A stretch of 20,000 nucleotides of DNA from Chiloscyllium plagiosum (lineage: Eukaryota): contig NC_057719.1 of the NCBI RefSeq assembly GCF_004010195.1, positions 12,906,500-12,926,499 of the forward strand. The letters are read 5' to 3'. The notes under the pieces are model-generated. The model was not told the DNA's origin. It saw only the letters and a list, made by a program, of their open reading frames with translations, and made no database searches. This document shows, piece by piece, positions 9,780-19,249 of this stretch (the stretch's first letter is position 1; the number at the start of each line of letters is the position of its first letter). The position numbers and the translations under genes are program-made.

Positions 9780-10661
9780 ACTTCGGCATCAGGAAGTGGG
9801 TAGCTGGTTGTGAACCACTCTCTGCCCTGTCCCCTCTCCATAATCTCCTCCCCACCCCCAGTTCCACACAGCGCCTTCACTTGTAGGCATGGGATCCAAT
9901 TTTGCTCGTGGACCTCAAATGGGAGTCATACCAGCAGTAGCCACTACCTTCCCAGTGGCGCTGTTATGCAATAGAGCTGCCAGTATCTGATTGACCACAG
10001 AAGCTGTCCTCTTGATCCCAGAAAAGGTCTGGTTTAGCCCTTAGTCTTCCTGGGCCTGTTCCTGACTCCCCAGCACCATTAAATACTGTCCTAGTATATC
10101 ATATCCATCTTGTTAGCACTCAGTTCAAGTAGTTTGTCCAGTACTTATACTAATCCCTTTAGGTTCTTCGCTTTTGGTGGACCCTTGGTTTCACATTATT
10201 TCCAGAATATTTCTGAATCTTCAACTGTGAAAACAGACACAAAATAATTGATTTGTCTCCTGCATTTTGTTACACCCATCATAGTTTCACCTGTCTCTGC
10301 CTCTAATCATATTATATACCCAGAGAAATGTCTACAATATATTATGGTCACTCTTCCCTTAGAATCTCTTTAGTATAAAGCAATGCATTAATTCTTTCTT
10401 ATCACACAGTGTTTGATCTAAAATGACTTTCGTTGACATAGTGATCCAGAAAACAATTTTATACATAGCTGTATTCCATATACCCATCTGCCACACTATT
10501 ACTGTCAATTTGGATTTTTGGTTTATTAAAGCCTCCCATGATTACTGTATTACCCTTATTACAGACAGATTGGATTTGCTGGTTTATACTCTGTTCTACA
10601 CACTGCTAGGGGGCCAACAAACAACTTGTACCAATTTCCCATTTCTTAGCTCCAACCAAAC

Positions 10662-10960
10662 GGGCAGCACAGTGGCACAGTGGTTAGCACTGCTGCCTCA
10701 CAACGCCAGAGATCTGGGTTCAATTCCCACCTCAGGCAACTGTCTGTGGGGAGTTTGCACATTCTCCCTGTGTCTGAGTGGGTTTCCTCCGGTTTCCTCC
10801 CACAGTCCAAAAACGTGCAGGTTAGATGAATTGGCCATGCTAAATTGCCCGTAGTGTTAGGTGTAGGGGAATGGGTCTGGGTGGGTTGCTGTTCGGAGGG
10901 TCGGTGTGGACTTGTTGGGCCAAAGGGCCTGTTTCCACACTGTAGGTAATCTAAAAAAAA
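10662..10960 (+). mobile_element. Near full-length HE1-like SINE
   Basis: A box tggcacagtgg, B box ggttcaattccc, V-domain-like core, and tail gggcctgtttccacactgtagg plus an A run. Confidence 0.9.
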
Positions 10961-11145
10961 GACTTGATTTTAATTCATGATTTTCTGAGCTGAGATCCTT
11001 TCTTTCTATTGTCTTTATCCCCTTCTTTATTATCAGAGTTACCTCATCTCCATTTCCATTTTGCCCATTTCTTCTGAAAGTTAAGTATCCTGGAATACTG
11101 AGTCCCCAACATTGGACACTTTGTAACCATGTCTCTGTAACTGCT

Positions 11146-11332
11146 AGTCTGTTCTGTTATAACGCGACAGTTCTGTTCCCGTTTGATCCCGCGTTATTAG
11201 AAAATCAGGTAATAGCAGCACCATTTAAACCAATCGATTGATAGCCAATACAGGTTAGGAAAGTTTGCGTTCTACAAATAACAATCTAAATTCTTCAATC
11301 ACATTAAAGCCAATTCGTGTTGAAGAAATGTG
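11146..11332. mobile_element. Probable Tigger/pogo-like DNA transposon (MITE) fragment
   Basis: Starts tagtctgttctgttataacgcg, resembling a Tigger-type terminal inverted repeat (TIR), with internal cgcgttat. It interrupts the CR1 endonuclease region. No second TIR found. Confidence 0.45.
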
Positions 11333-12071
11333 CCAGTCACCTAATGTCATGTATTTTAGCTCTCCCTACTTTTCCAATTTCTCCTGATCTCACTGTATTC
11401 ACTAACATCCCATTCTCTTTGTCCAAGTATCTGCTTTACCTAAGGTTCAGTCTTGTTCTCTCAAGTCAACAACTTCATCGTGCGTATGAAATGAAAATGA
11501 TTTCATCTGATTGGTAGTTGCTCTCCTTTCTCCTTCCTAGTCTATATTTTACACCCAAAAATGTTGCTGTGCTCAACATTTCCCTTGCTGCTTTTGAATT
11601 GACCTTTTATTGAATTCACCCAGCTTTTATTTAAAGTCCGGTCTTCTGCCCTTGGTGTTTGATTCACCAAGAAGCTGGCCCCAGCTCGGTTTAAGTGAAG
11701 TCCATCCCAGTGGAACTGTTGCCTCTTTCCCCAATAGTGGCACCAATGCCCCATGAAGCAAAGCCCCTTCTTTACATAACACTCTTCCACCCACTTATTC
11801 AGACTTCTATCTACACCTAAAATCAAGCCACAACCTTAGGGCCCACCGTGAGAATTCTGAAGCTGGAGAGTTAATGAGATTGGCCTAATGGGATGAGGAA
11901 CTGTTGGTTAAAGTCCATGTACCCTGGAAATGGTGAGTTCCTATGGAGAAACATTTCTTTGCCATCATCAAAGCTTATCTGATATATGTTCTGACATGGT
12001 GCATGTCGAAGGTTCTCACCATTTTAGAGTACCACAAATACTCCCTACCATTCTGAAATGACCCTCCATCT

Positions 12072-12300
12072 GTTTCTTAAAATTAATTCATGGGATGTAG
12101 GCATCTCTGGCTGGGCCAGCATTTATTGCCTGTCCCTAGTTGCCCATGAGAAGGTGTTGATAAGTTGCCATCTTGAACCGCTGCTGTCCATGTGCTGTAG
12201 GTGGACCCACAATGCCACTGTGGTGGGAGTTCCAGGATTTTGATGCAGTGACACTAAAGAAATGTCAATATATTTCCCAGTCAGAATAGTGAGTTGACTG
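12072..12300 (-). mobile_element. LINE 3' end (same family as 15375-15730) abutting the exon C acceptor
   Basis: attcatgggatgt...ctggctgggccagcatttattgcctgtccctagttgccc is the reverse complement of about 15665-15725. Confidence 0.8.
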
Positions 12301-12332
12301 ATGAGGAGAGTTTGTGTTGTTCTTTGTTTCAG

Positions 12333-12445
12333 AGACTGGCGGTATCTGTATCGCTCCTCGGCCTGCAGATAGAGATGCCAAGATACTCCCAGCTATGGCA
12401 ATGAGACCCTTCTTCGGAATCGACCCAGTACTCATGAATGAGCAT
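12333..12445 (+). CDS. ACSS1: ACSS1-type exon C, 113 bp, phase 1/0
   Basis: Boundaries tgtttcag|AG...CAT|gtaatt. Translates (E)TGGICIAPRPADRDAKILPAMAMRPFFGIDPVLMNEH; the ICIAPRP and ILPAMAMRPFFGI stretches are ACSS1-like rather than ACSS2-like. Confidence 0.95.
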
Positions 12446-12548
12446 GTAATTAGAAAATGTTGATATTTTTCTTTTATTTCACCTCATCTTTATCTGTGGA
12501 GAGAAGTAAGTAGCAAGATTTGCCTGAGGTGGGGGTGCCTTCTCCGGC

Positions 12549-12660
12549 ATAGGAAAAGTTTAGAGGGATATGGGCCAAACGCAGGCACATGGGACTCGTT
12601 CAGGTTAGGAAAATTGGTCAGCATGGATGAGTTGGGCTGTAGGGCCTCTTTCTGTGCTGG
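12549..12660 (+). mobile_element. Short HER1-like CR1 3' end
   Basis: ataggaaaagtttagagggatatgggccaaa is the reverse complement of about 693-722. Confidence 0.75.
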
Positions 12661-13219
12661 AAATAGAGTCTATTTGGAATGAGACTTTAACCTGTTGGAT
12701 CTGGCTGGGATTCAATGGGAATATGTGGGATACTTGATGTGTAACTGCCATAGTATTTTCCTTTTCAGTTCGGGTCAAGGGTAGAGTGTGGGAATAGCAT
12801 GCCTGTGAGTTATCCCTGAGAATACCATGTTTTGCACTCATCAATAGATAATGGGGCAGCTCCATCCACAGCCCAGTGGCTAAAGGTCCAGTGGAGTCCA
12901 TTAGTTACACAATGGAGAATTATCTGGGATACACAGCACAGAAACAGGCCTTTCAGCTGAAACAATCTGTATTGCTGCTTAAACCTGATATGAGCTACCC
13001 CAGGCAGAGAGCTACATCTCTGCCTCAGTGGTGTTTTAGCAGATCTTCCAGTTCCCCATTCTTTCATGTTCTCATCCAGATACATCTGTGTTCCCATTCT
13101 TGACATCGGAGGATTAATCCATCTCTGATCGCTCTCCACAGCCACTCTCGGTAGTTTCAATCTCAGATCTTGGATTAGGTTTCAGAATTCTATTGACGTC
13201 TGCTTTGTGCCTGTTCCAG

Positions 13220-13346
13220 GGTCAGAGATTAACGGGGAACGCAATCTCCGGATCACTCTGCATCGCACAGCCATGGCCAGGGATGGCTCGGACTATCTAC
13301 AATGACCACAACCGATTTGTGAACACCTATTTTAAAGCCTACCCCA
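13220..13346 (+). CDS. ACSS1: ACSS1-type exon D, 127 bp, phase 0/1
   Basis: Boundaries gttccag|GGT...CCCA|gtgagt. Translates GQRLTGNAISGSLCIAQPWPGMARTIYNDHNRFVNTYFKAYP, with the WPGMARTIY motif. Confidence 0.95.
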
Positions 13347-13389
13347 GTGAGTGGATGTGTTGTACTGATTCCAAGAGGACTGGGAGAGA

Positions 13390-13845
13390 GAGTAGAACAT
13401 TCAGTCCCTCCAGCCTGCTCCACCATTCAGTATGATCATGACTGATCTGATGTGGCCTCAGTTCTATTTGCTTGTCTTTGACTCCCTTGTCAGTCAATAA
13501 TCTGCCTATCTCTACCTTGAATATATTCAGGGAACTAGTCTCCATTGCTCACAAGAAATTCCAAAACACGAACCATCCTCTGAGATGGAATTCCTCCTCA
13601 TCACCATGTTAAGCTCCTGATTCTTAAACAGTGTCCCCTTCCCCAGGAACAGAACCATCCTCTAAAGATCTACCATGTCAGAATCTTACATGTTTCAAAA
13701 AGGTCATATCTAATTCTTCTAAATACTAATGAGTGTAGGCCCAACCTGCTCAACCTTTCCTCATATGACACGCCCTTCATCCCAGGAATCAGCTGTGCGA
13801 ACCATTTCCAAATGACCTCCAATGTTTGTACCTTCTTCCTTAACT
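13390..13845 (-). mobile_element. Old CR1 3' fragment
   Basis: Minus ORF reads ETSSLNIFKVEIGRLL..KGVK; cccaacctgctcaacctttcctcata encodes YEERLSRLG. Confidence 0.7.
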
Positions 13846-13967
13846 TACTAAAATGGCCGTGTGGATGGAGGGGCCTTCAGCTATGTGTGATGGGACTGAA
13901 GAAACCAGGATCTTTCTGCTTAGTGTGAGAATATTCGAGGGAGAATTAATGGAGGCCTTCTGAATGA

Positions 13968-14046
13968 TGAAGGGATTTGATAGAATAACTATCACAGTGA
14001 AGGGATTTGATGGAGAAACTATCACCAAGTGAAGGGATTTGATAGA
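13968..14046 (+). repeat. About 30-bp tandem repeat, 2.5 copies, inside an old CR1 fragment
   Basis: tgaagggatttgat at 13968, 13998 and 14030. Confidence 0.8.
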
Positions 14047-14213
14047 GTAAAGCTTTGATAAGAGAGACCTTATCCGCTGGTGGGGAAGGGGGATGATCAA
14101 TACTCAGTGGAAACAGCTTTAAAGATAAATTGATAGAGGAATCCAGTGAGGTTGGTGGGTGAGAGGGGGCTTAATTTCTGAGGGAAGTTTATGAGTTGTA
14201 ATGTCACTGCATG

Positions 14214-14385
14214 AAAAGTCACACAACACCAGGTTATAGTCCAACAGGTTTAATTGGAAGCATTAGATTTTGGAGCGTTGCTCCTTCGTCAGGTCACAAC
14301 CACCTGATGAAGGAGCAGTGCTCTGAAAGCTAGTGCTTCCAATTAAACTTGTTGGACTATAGCCTGGTGTTGTGTGATTTTTAAC
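14214..14385. mobile_element. Short fold-back PLE-derived element, family A, with a hammerhead in each arm
   Basis: About 14214-14294 is inverted against 14302-14382. Confidence 0.85.
14298..14338 (+). ncRNA. Minimal hammerhead motif, family A, core boxes intact
   Basis: AACCAC CUGAUGA A GGAGC AGU GCUCU GAAA GC UA GUGCUU; the stem II closing pair is G-U. Confidence 0.72.
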
Positions 14386-14477
14386 TGAATGAACAGGTGA
14401 TAGAGTCAAATTTGACAGTAAGGAGTTGAATGTTTAACTGAAAAAGGCATGATTTGCAGTAAGATGTGGAATGAGAC

Positions 14478-14786
14478 TCATAGAATCCTGCCAGTTTGGA
14501 AGCAGGCCATTTGATCCATCAAGTCCACACTGACCCTCTGAAAAGTATCCCATCCTGAGCCAGCCCCTACCCTATTCCTGTAACCCTCTATATCCCATGG
14601 CTAATCCATCTAACCAGCACACTATGGCATTTGGCATGGCCAATCCAACTAACCTGCACATTGGACTGTGGGAGGGAACCTGCACAGACTTGGGGAGAAT
14701 GTGTAAACTCCGCACAGACAGTTGCAGCGAGGGTGGAATCAAACCCGGGCCCCTCGTGCTGTGAGGCAGCAATGCTAACTCATTGG
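14478..14786 (-). mobile_element. HE1-like SINE
   Basis: Reverse complement of the 6166 and 10662 family (gcatggccaatcc..ctaacctgcaca; ggggagaatgtgtaaactcc; gtgaggcagcaatgctaac). Confidence 0.85.
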
Positions 14787-14849
14787 ATAAATCTTTCAAA
14801 GACACAGCACAATGGGCCAAACGGCCACCTTCTGTTTTGTAAATTATTA

Positions 14850-15375
14850 AGACATAGATTAGGAGCACGAGTAGGCCACTTGGCCCCTCAAACCTGCTTC
14901 GTCTTTCAGTAAGATGGTGGCTGATATGACTATTCATCATTCCCTCCTATTCCTGACAACCTTTCTTACCAAGAATATATCCACCTCTTAAAAATATTCA
15001 AAGACTGCACTTAGAGTCATAGAGTCATAGAGCTGTACAGCATGGAAACAGACCCTTCGATCCAACCCGTCCATGCCAACCAGATATCCCAACCCAATCT
15101 AGTCCCACCTGCCAGCGTTCAGCAAGGAAAAGAGTTCCAAAGACTCATGGCCCTCAGAGAAAAAGGATTTCACCTCACCTCAGTTTTAAATATGTGACCC
15201 CTTATTTTTAAACAGTGACCCCTCGTCACATATACTCCCACAAGACAAGACATCTTCTCCACATCTACACTTATGTTTCAATCAAGTTGGCACTTACTGT
15301 TTGAAGCTCCAGCAGGTACAAAACTGGCCTGTCCAATCTTTTCTCACAAGACAACCTGCCCAATCCAGATATTAG
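14850..15375 (-). mobile_element. Old CR1 3' fragment interrupted by a HER1-like tail
   Basis: ttaggagcacgagtaggccac tail and gagttccaaagactca; similar to 13390-13845. Confidence 0.6.
15012..15116 (-). mobile_element. HER1-like CR1 extreme 3' end
   Basis: tagagtcatagagtcatagag...; near-identical to 3761-3857. Confidence 0.85.
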
Positions 15376-15730
15376 TATAAAGATACCATCTTCAAGATTC
15401 ACTGCACATATTTATCAAGGCTCCTTAGACAGCATCTTCCAAACCCAAGACCATTTCCATCTTGAAGAACAAGAGCTGCAGATGGGAACACCACCTCCTG
15501 CAAGTTCCCCTCCAAGTCACTCACCATCCTGACTTGGAAATACATCCCCGTTCCTTCACTGTTGCTGGGTCAAGATCCTAGAATTCCCTCTGTAAGGGCG
15601 CTGAGGGCTAACCTACAGAGAATGGACTGCAGCGGTTCAAGAAGGCAGCTCACCACCACCTTCACAAGGGCAACTAGGGACGGGCAATAAATGTTAGCCC
15701 AGCCAAAATCCCATAAATGAATAAATAAAA
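15375..15730 (+). mobile_element. LINE 3' end (CR1/L2 group) whose tail resembles that of the SacSINE1-like SINEs
   Basis: Reads WKYIPVPS.....SRS and GLQRFKKAAHHHL; tail gggcaataaatgttagcccagcc...cccataaatgaataaa. Confidence 0.75.
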
Positions 15731-17119
15731 AGCTTTTACTGATTACACAATAAACCCCATGACGTATGGCTTGGCTGCTGGTGAATTGTTCCAAAGCTTG
15801 CCTGTGTTAAGTTTGAGAGATGAGAACATTGGGGGAATGAGGAAGGAGCAATGACCCAGCCACGTCAAACAAAATAGAGAAAGGTTGTGACATAGGGTGT
15901 GATAGAGTGCAGTATTGCCTGCTATCTGTTAGATCCTGAAGATGGCTGTCCGTAGGAGCTGGAAGGGAGAGGTAGAAGGAACTGCACAGGATATTGAAGA
16001 TCGATAAACACACCCACAGCTCCTGTGGCAATCCAGTGAGCTAATGTCTAAACAACTTGCTTCAGAATGATTTATCCAGATTTGTGACCTCTTGATCCTT
16101 CTCTGTGTCAGTGAAGGGTCAGCCACAATTGAACTGTGGGATTTGGACAGAGTACTTTGTCTCGATGGATCATGTCGGACGAGTTGGAAGATGACAAGCC
16201 CATTTGACAAAGTGAAGCTGTCATTTGATGTTGTTAATATTTTCCTCTCAAGGCCAGCTGTCTGTCTCCAAAGCTCATGTGTGTTAGTCATTGTCTGATT
16301 TATCGAAAAGTGTAGGAATTACATTCATGTCGGATCATCTTCTGACTGTAAGGTGCACAGGACAGCCACTGGTGTTGGTTTTGCACTTCCAATCGTTAGG
16401 ATCAGCAGCTGGTACAGCAGGCCAGCAGGCCATTCAGCCCATCAAATTAGTGCTAGCTCTTTCCAAGAGCAGTCCTGTTATCCCTACTCCCCCTGCTCCT
16501 ACCCCATAACCTTCACATGACTATCCAAATCCCTTTTGAATGTCACTATTGAATCTGCTTCCTCCACCCTCGTGCATTGCAGACCCTGAGCATTTGAAGA
16601 AAGAAGATTTATGGGTTGAGTCTGTCGTTCCTGTTCACGTTTTGGAAACAAAATTCCTTTGAACAGTTTCAAATTCGATTTTAACCTTAAAGTTTCCGAT
16701 AAAGTGGGATAGAAAGAGTGCGTTTGTCAGGAAGTGATTGAACCCAGGTGGATCCTGTTGGATGAACTGACCACATGAGCCATTGGTTTGTAGTATTGAT
16801 TGGTGTGTTCCCACTGTTTGATTCCTGACACATACTGGGTTTTCTGGTTCACAGTAAGGCTATGAGATGGACGGGGGAAAGGATAAAAATCAATTCAGGG
16901 TCCCCATTGTGAGCCCTAACCACTGCCTCCTGCTGGACAGCAGAGCCCTGCATTTTGTATAGCCTCCCAAATCCCGCACTGTAATATCGCTGGTACATTG
17001 GCTGAGTTCTCAACAATGATGCTCAACCTTAGCTGAGCTGCTGAACAGTCACAGCAAGAGTTCCAGGCATGTGTCTGTGGACATCTCCTTAAGGAAAGGG
17101 GATATGTTTAGGGGAGATA

Positions 17120-17775
17120 GTGGGTTGGATGTATGGTCACTGCTTCAGCAATCTAGAGACCCAGGGTAATGTTCTGGGACAGTGGGTTCAAATCCTACAA
17201 TGGCATTTTGTGGAATTTAAGTTCAATTTGTTAAACCCTAGAGATTAAAGCTGGTGTCATAGAGTCATAGAATCATAGAGATGTACTGCATGGAAACAGA
17301 CCCTACGGACCAACTTATCCACGCCAAACAGAGATCCTTAATTAATTGAGTCCCATTTGCCAGCATTTAGCCCATAGCCTCTAAACCCATCCTATTCATC
17401 TACCCATCCAGATGCCTTTTAAATGTTGTAATTGTACCAGTCTCCACCTCCTCCTCTGGCAGCTCATTCTATACATGCCCCACCCTCTGAGTGAAAAAGT
17501 TGCCCGGAGGTCCATTTTAAATCTTTACCCTCTCACCTTAAACCTATGCCCTCTAGTTTTGGACTCCCCCCATCCTGGGGGAACTATCACCAATCATGTT
17601 TAAAATCCATCTGGTTCAGCCATTTCGGGAAAGGAATTCTGCCATCTTTATCTGGCCTACACGTGACTCCAGACTGCCACCAATATGGTTAACTCTTAAC
17701 TGCTTTCTGAGGGATGCGCAACAAACGCTGGCCTAGTCAGCAATGCACACATCCCATGAAAGAACTAAAAGAAAA
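17120..17775 (+). mobile_element. SacSINE1-like SINE split by a HER1-like insertion
   Basis: Head at 17120-17256 (ggttcaaatcc B box) and body at 17584-17775 (ccatctggttca...cacgtgactccagac...catcccatgaaagaac); similar to 6695-7035. Confidence 0.7.
17257..17583 (-). mobile_element. HER1-like CR1 3' fragment
   Basis: tcatagagtcatagaatcatagag tail; homologous to about 591-910. Confidence 0.9.
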
Positions 17776-17819
17776 TTCACAGTATCCTCTATAACAACTC
17801 CTTGAATTTATACACATTG

Positions 17820-18108
17820 TTAACCAACCATTTTAGATGTATTGTGATACACCTCAGGGAGGATTTGAAGCCAGGTTTACTGTCTCAGAGGTAGGGATAC
17901 TACCATTTCACCACAAGAGCCCAACGTATATTCTTTACATCATGTATGTCACACGTCCACAGCAGGTGGGAATTAAATCAAGGCCTTCTAGCGTAGATGT
18001 AGGGATATAACCACTACAAACAGGATCCCTTTAATTTTCAGAGTAAGGTTTGAACTCATGACGTTTAAAAATCAGTAGCAACAGTGCTAACCACTGAGCT
18101 GTGGCTAA
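17820..18108 (-). repeat. Three consecutive decayed tRNA-derived SINE heads
   Basis: Reverse B-box/A-box pairs: ggatttgaagcc..ctaccattt, gggaattaaatc..taaccact, ggtttgaactc..ctaaccactgagct. Confidence 0.5.
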
Positions 18109-18510
18109 CCTTCTTGCATTTATGTAGTGCCTTTGACATGGCAGAAGGTTCCAATGTGTTTTGCCTACCTATTAGCAAACAAGATTTGACAATGAGCCAG
18201 ATACGTAGCTATCAGGTGACCAATAACCAATAAGAGGAACTCAGGGAACGGCTTCAAAGTGGATAGAGAAGCAGATATCTAAGTAAAAGAACTTCAGTGG
18301 CTTAGGCCATCACTGCCTGTGGTGGGACAGTGAAGATTGGGAATGCTGCAGAGGGCAAAAATAAGAGAAGGGTTGGAAGATCTGATTTAGCTTCAAAGAT
18401 AGGGAGGGACACGGCTAGGGAGAGGTTTGAAAACAAGCATGAGAGTTTTAACACAAAGTCATTGCCTGAACTCAATTAAAGGTTCCTTGCACAAACAGTC
18501 TTCCCAGTTA

Positions 18511-18639
18511 AGAAACAAAAACAAAAGTTGCTGGAAAAGCTCAGCTGGTCTGGCAGCATCTGTGCAGAGAAATCAAAGTTAATGGTTTGGATCCGGTGAC
18601 TGGACCCGAAACATTAACTTTGATTTCTTTTCACAGATG
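18511..18639. mobile_element. Fold-back PLE-derived family C insert, inverted at hammerhead loop II
   Basis: About 18557-18597 is inverted against 18599-18639. The + arm retains GACCC GAAA CA UU AAC but has no CUGANGA. Confidence 0.75.
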
Positions 18640-19020
18640 AAAGTCAACTGGAGGAAGAACACCTCATCTCCTGCCTCAGGATCCTACAACTACACGGCAT
18701 CAATGTTGACTTCACCAGTTTCCAAATCTCGCCTCCCCCCACCCCATCCCCCAACCCCATCCCAGATCCAACCCTCCAACTCGGCACCACCCTCTTGGCC
18801 TGTCCTGTCCATCTTCCTTCCCACCTATTCACTCAGTGCTCTCCACCGACCTATCACCATCAACCTCCACCTGCACCCACCTATTGCATTCCCACCTACC
18901 TTCCTCACCCCAGTCCCAGCCCCACCCCCACCCCGACCCACCCTCGTATTTATTTCTCAGCTCTCTCCCCCGCAATATTCCTGATGACGGGCTTACATCT
19001 GAAATGCTGACTCTCCTGCT
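18640..19020 (+). mobile_element. Penelope-like retroelement 3' end: GIY-YIG endonuclease C-terminus, C-rich UTR and decayed hammerhead
   Basis: 18645-18722 translates QLEEEHLISCLRILQLHGINVDFTSF, resembling the PLE E..LI..L.TL.P.G.N end motif. CTGATGA...GAAA lies at 18981-19004. Confidence 0.75.
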
Positions 19021-19041
19021 GAAGGGCTTATGCTCTCCTTC

Positions 19042-19171
19042 TTTCCTGAAGAAGGGCTTATGCCCGAAACGTCGATTCTCCTGTTCCCTGGATGCTGCCT
19101 GACTTGCTGCGCTTTTCCAGCAACACATTTTCAGCTCTGATCTCCAGCATCTGCAGACCTCACTTTCTCCT
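19042..19171 (+). mobile_element. Young PLE-derived family B insert
   Basis: 114/118 identity with the reverse complement of 7101-7218; CpGs are retained. Confidence 0.85.
19044..19075 (+). ncRNA. Minimal hammerhead ribozyme motif, family B, intact core, GUC cleavage triplet (predicted cut after 19073)
   Basis: UC CUGAAGA A GGGC UUAU GCCC GAAA CG UC GA. Helix III is the palindrome ACGU; stem I has only 2 bp in this copy. Confidence 0.75.
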
Positions 19172-19249
19172 GAGAGGAGAAGAAGCAATGAGTCTGACCA
19201 AAAGTATAAAAAGGATTTCTAATGCAGTTCCTTCTTCTGTTTTTTGCAG

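Larger units (their letters stand above)
10200..11830 (-). mobile_element. Old CR1 5' region (ORF1 esterase-like end plus ORF2 AP-endonuclease), interrupted by a SINE and a DNA-transposon fragment
   Basis: Minus-strand motifs occur in the expected order: FHWDGLHLNRAG (ORF1 SGNH-type), AVTETWLQ, VVCWPPSS (from VVYRPP), VIMGGFN (from GDFN), GKSDHN. Confidence 0.75.

Noticed and set aside
10662..10735. tRNA gene (also 6166-6235 and 14730-14786)
   Set aside because: The A/B boxes are followed directly by SINE body and tail, so these are SINE heads, not tRNA genes.
12299..12305. Isolated CTGATGA (also near 4878, 7894 and 19478) as further hammerheads or snoRNA boxes
   Set aside because: There is no downstream stem II plus GAAA, and no terminal stem with a paired C/D box arrangement.
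13193..13435. ORF-track ORFs 13193-13435 and 19222-19413 as standalone proteins
   Set aside because: They are ACSS1 exons D and E extended into intron sequence; the splice sites and phases define the true boundaries.
13968..14046. About 30-bp periodic repeat as a CRISPR-like array
   Set aside because: The DNA is eukaryotic, the intervening segments resemble each other, and there are only 2.5 units inside a CR1 fragment; this is a simple tandem duplication.
18637..19188. Several overlapping Pro/Gly-rich ORFs
   Set aside because: They arise from the C-rich PLE 3' UTR. The meaningful frame is the short GIY-YIG remnant at 18645-18722.
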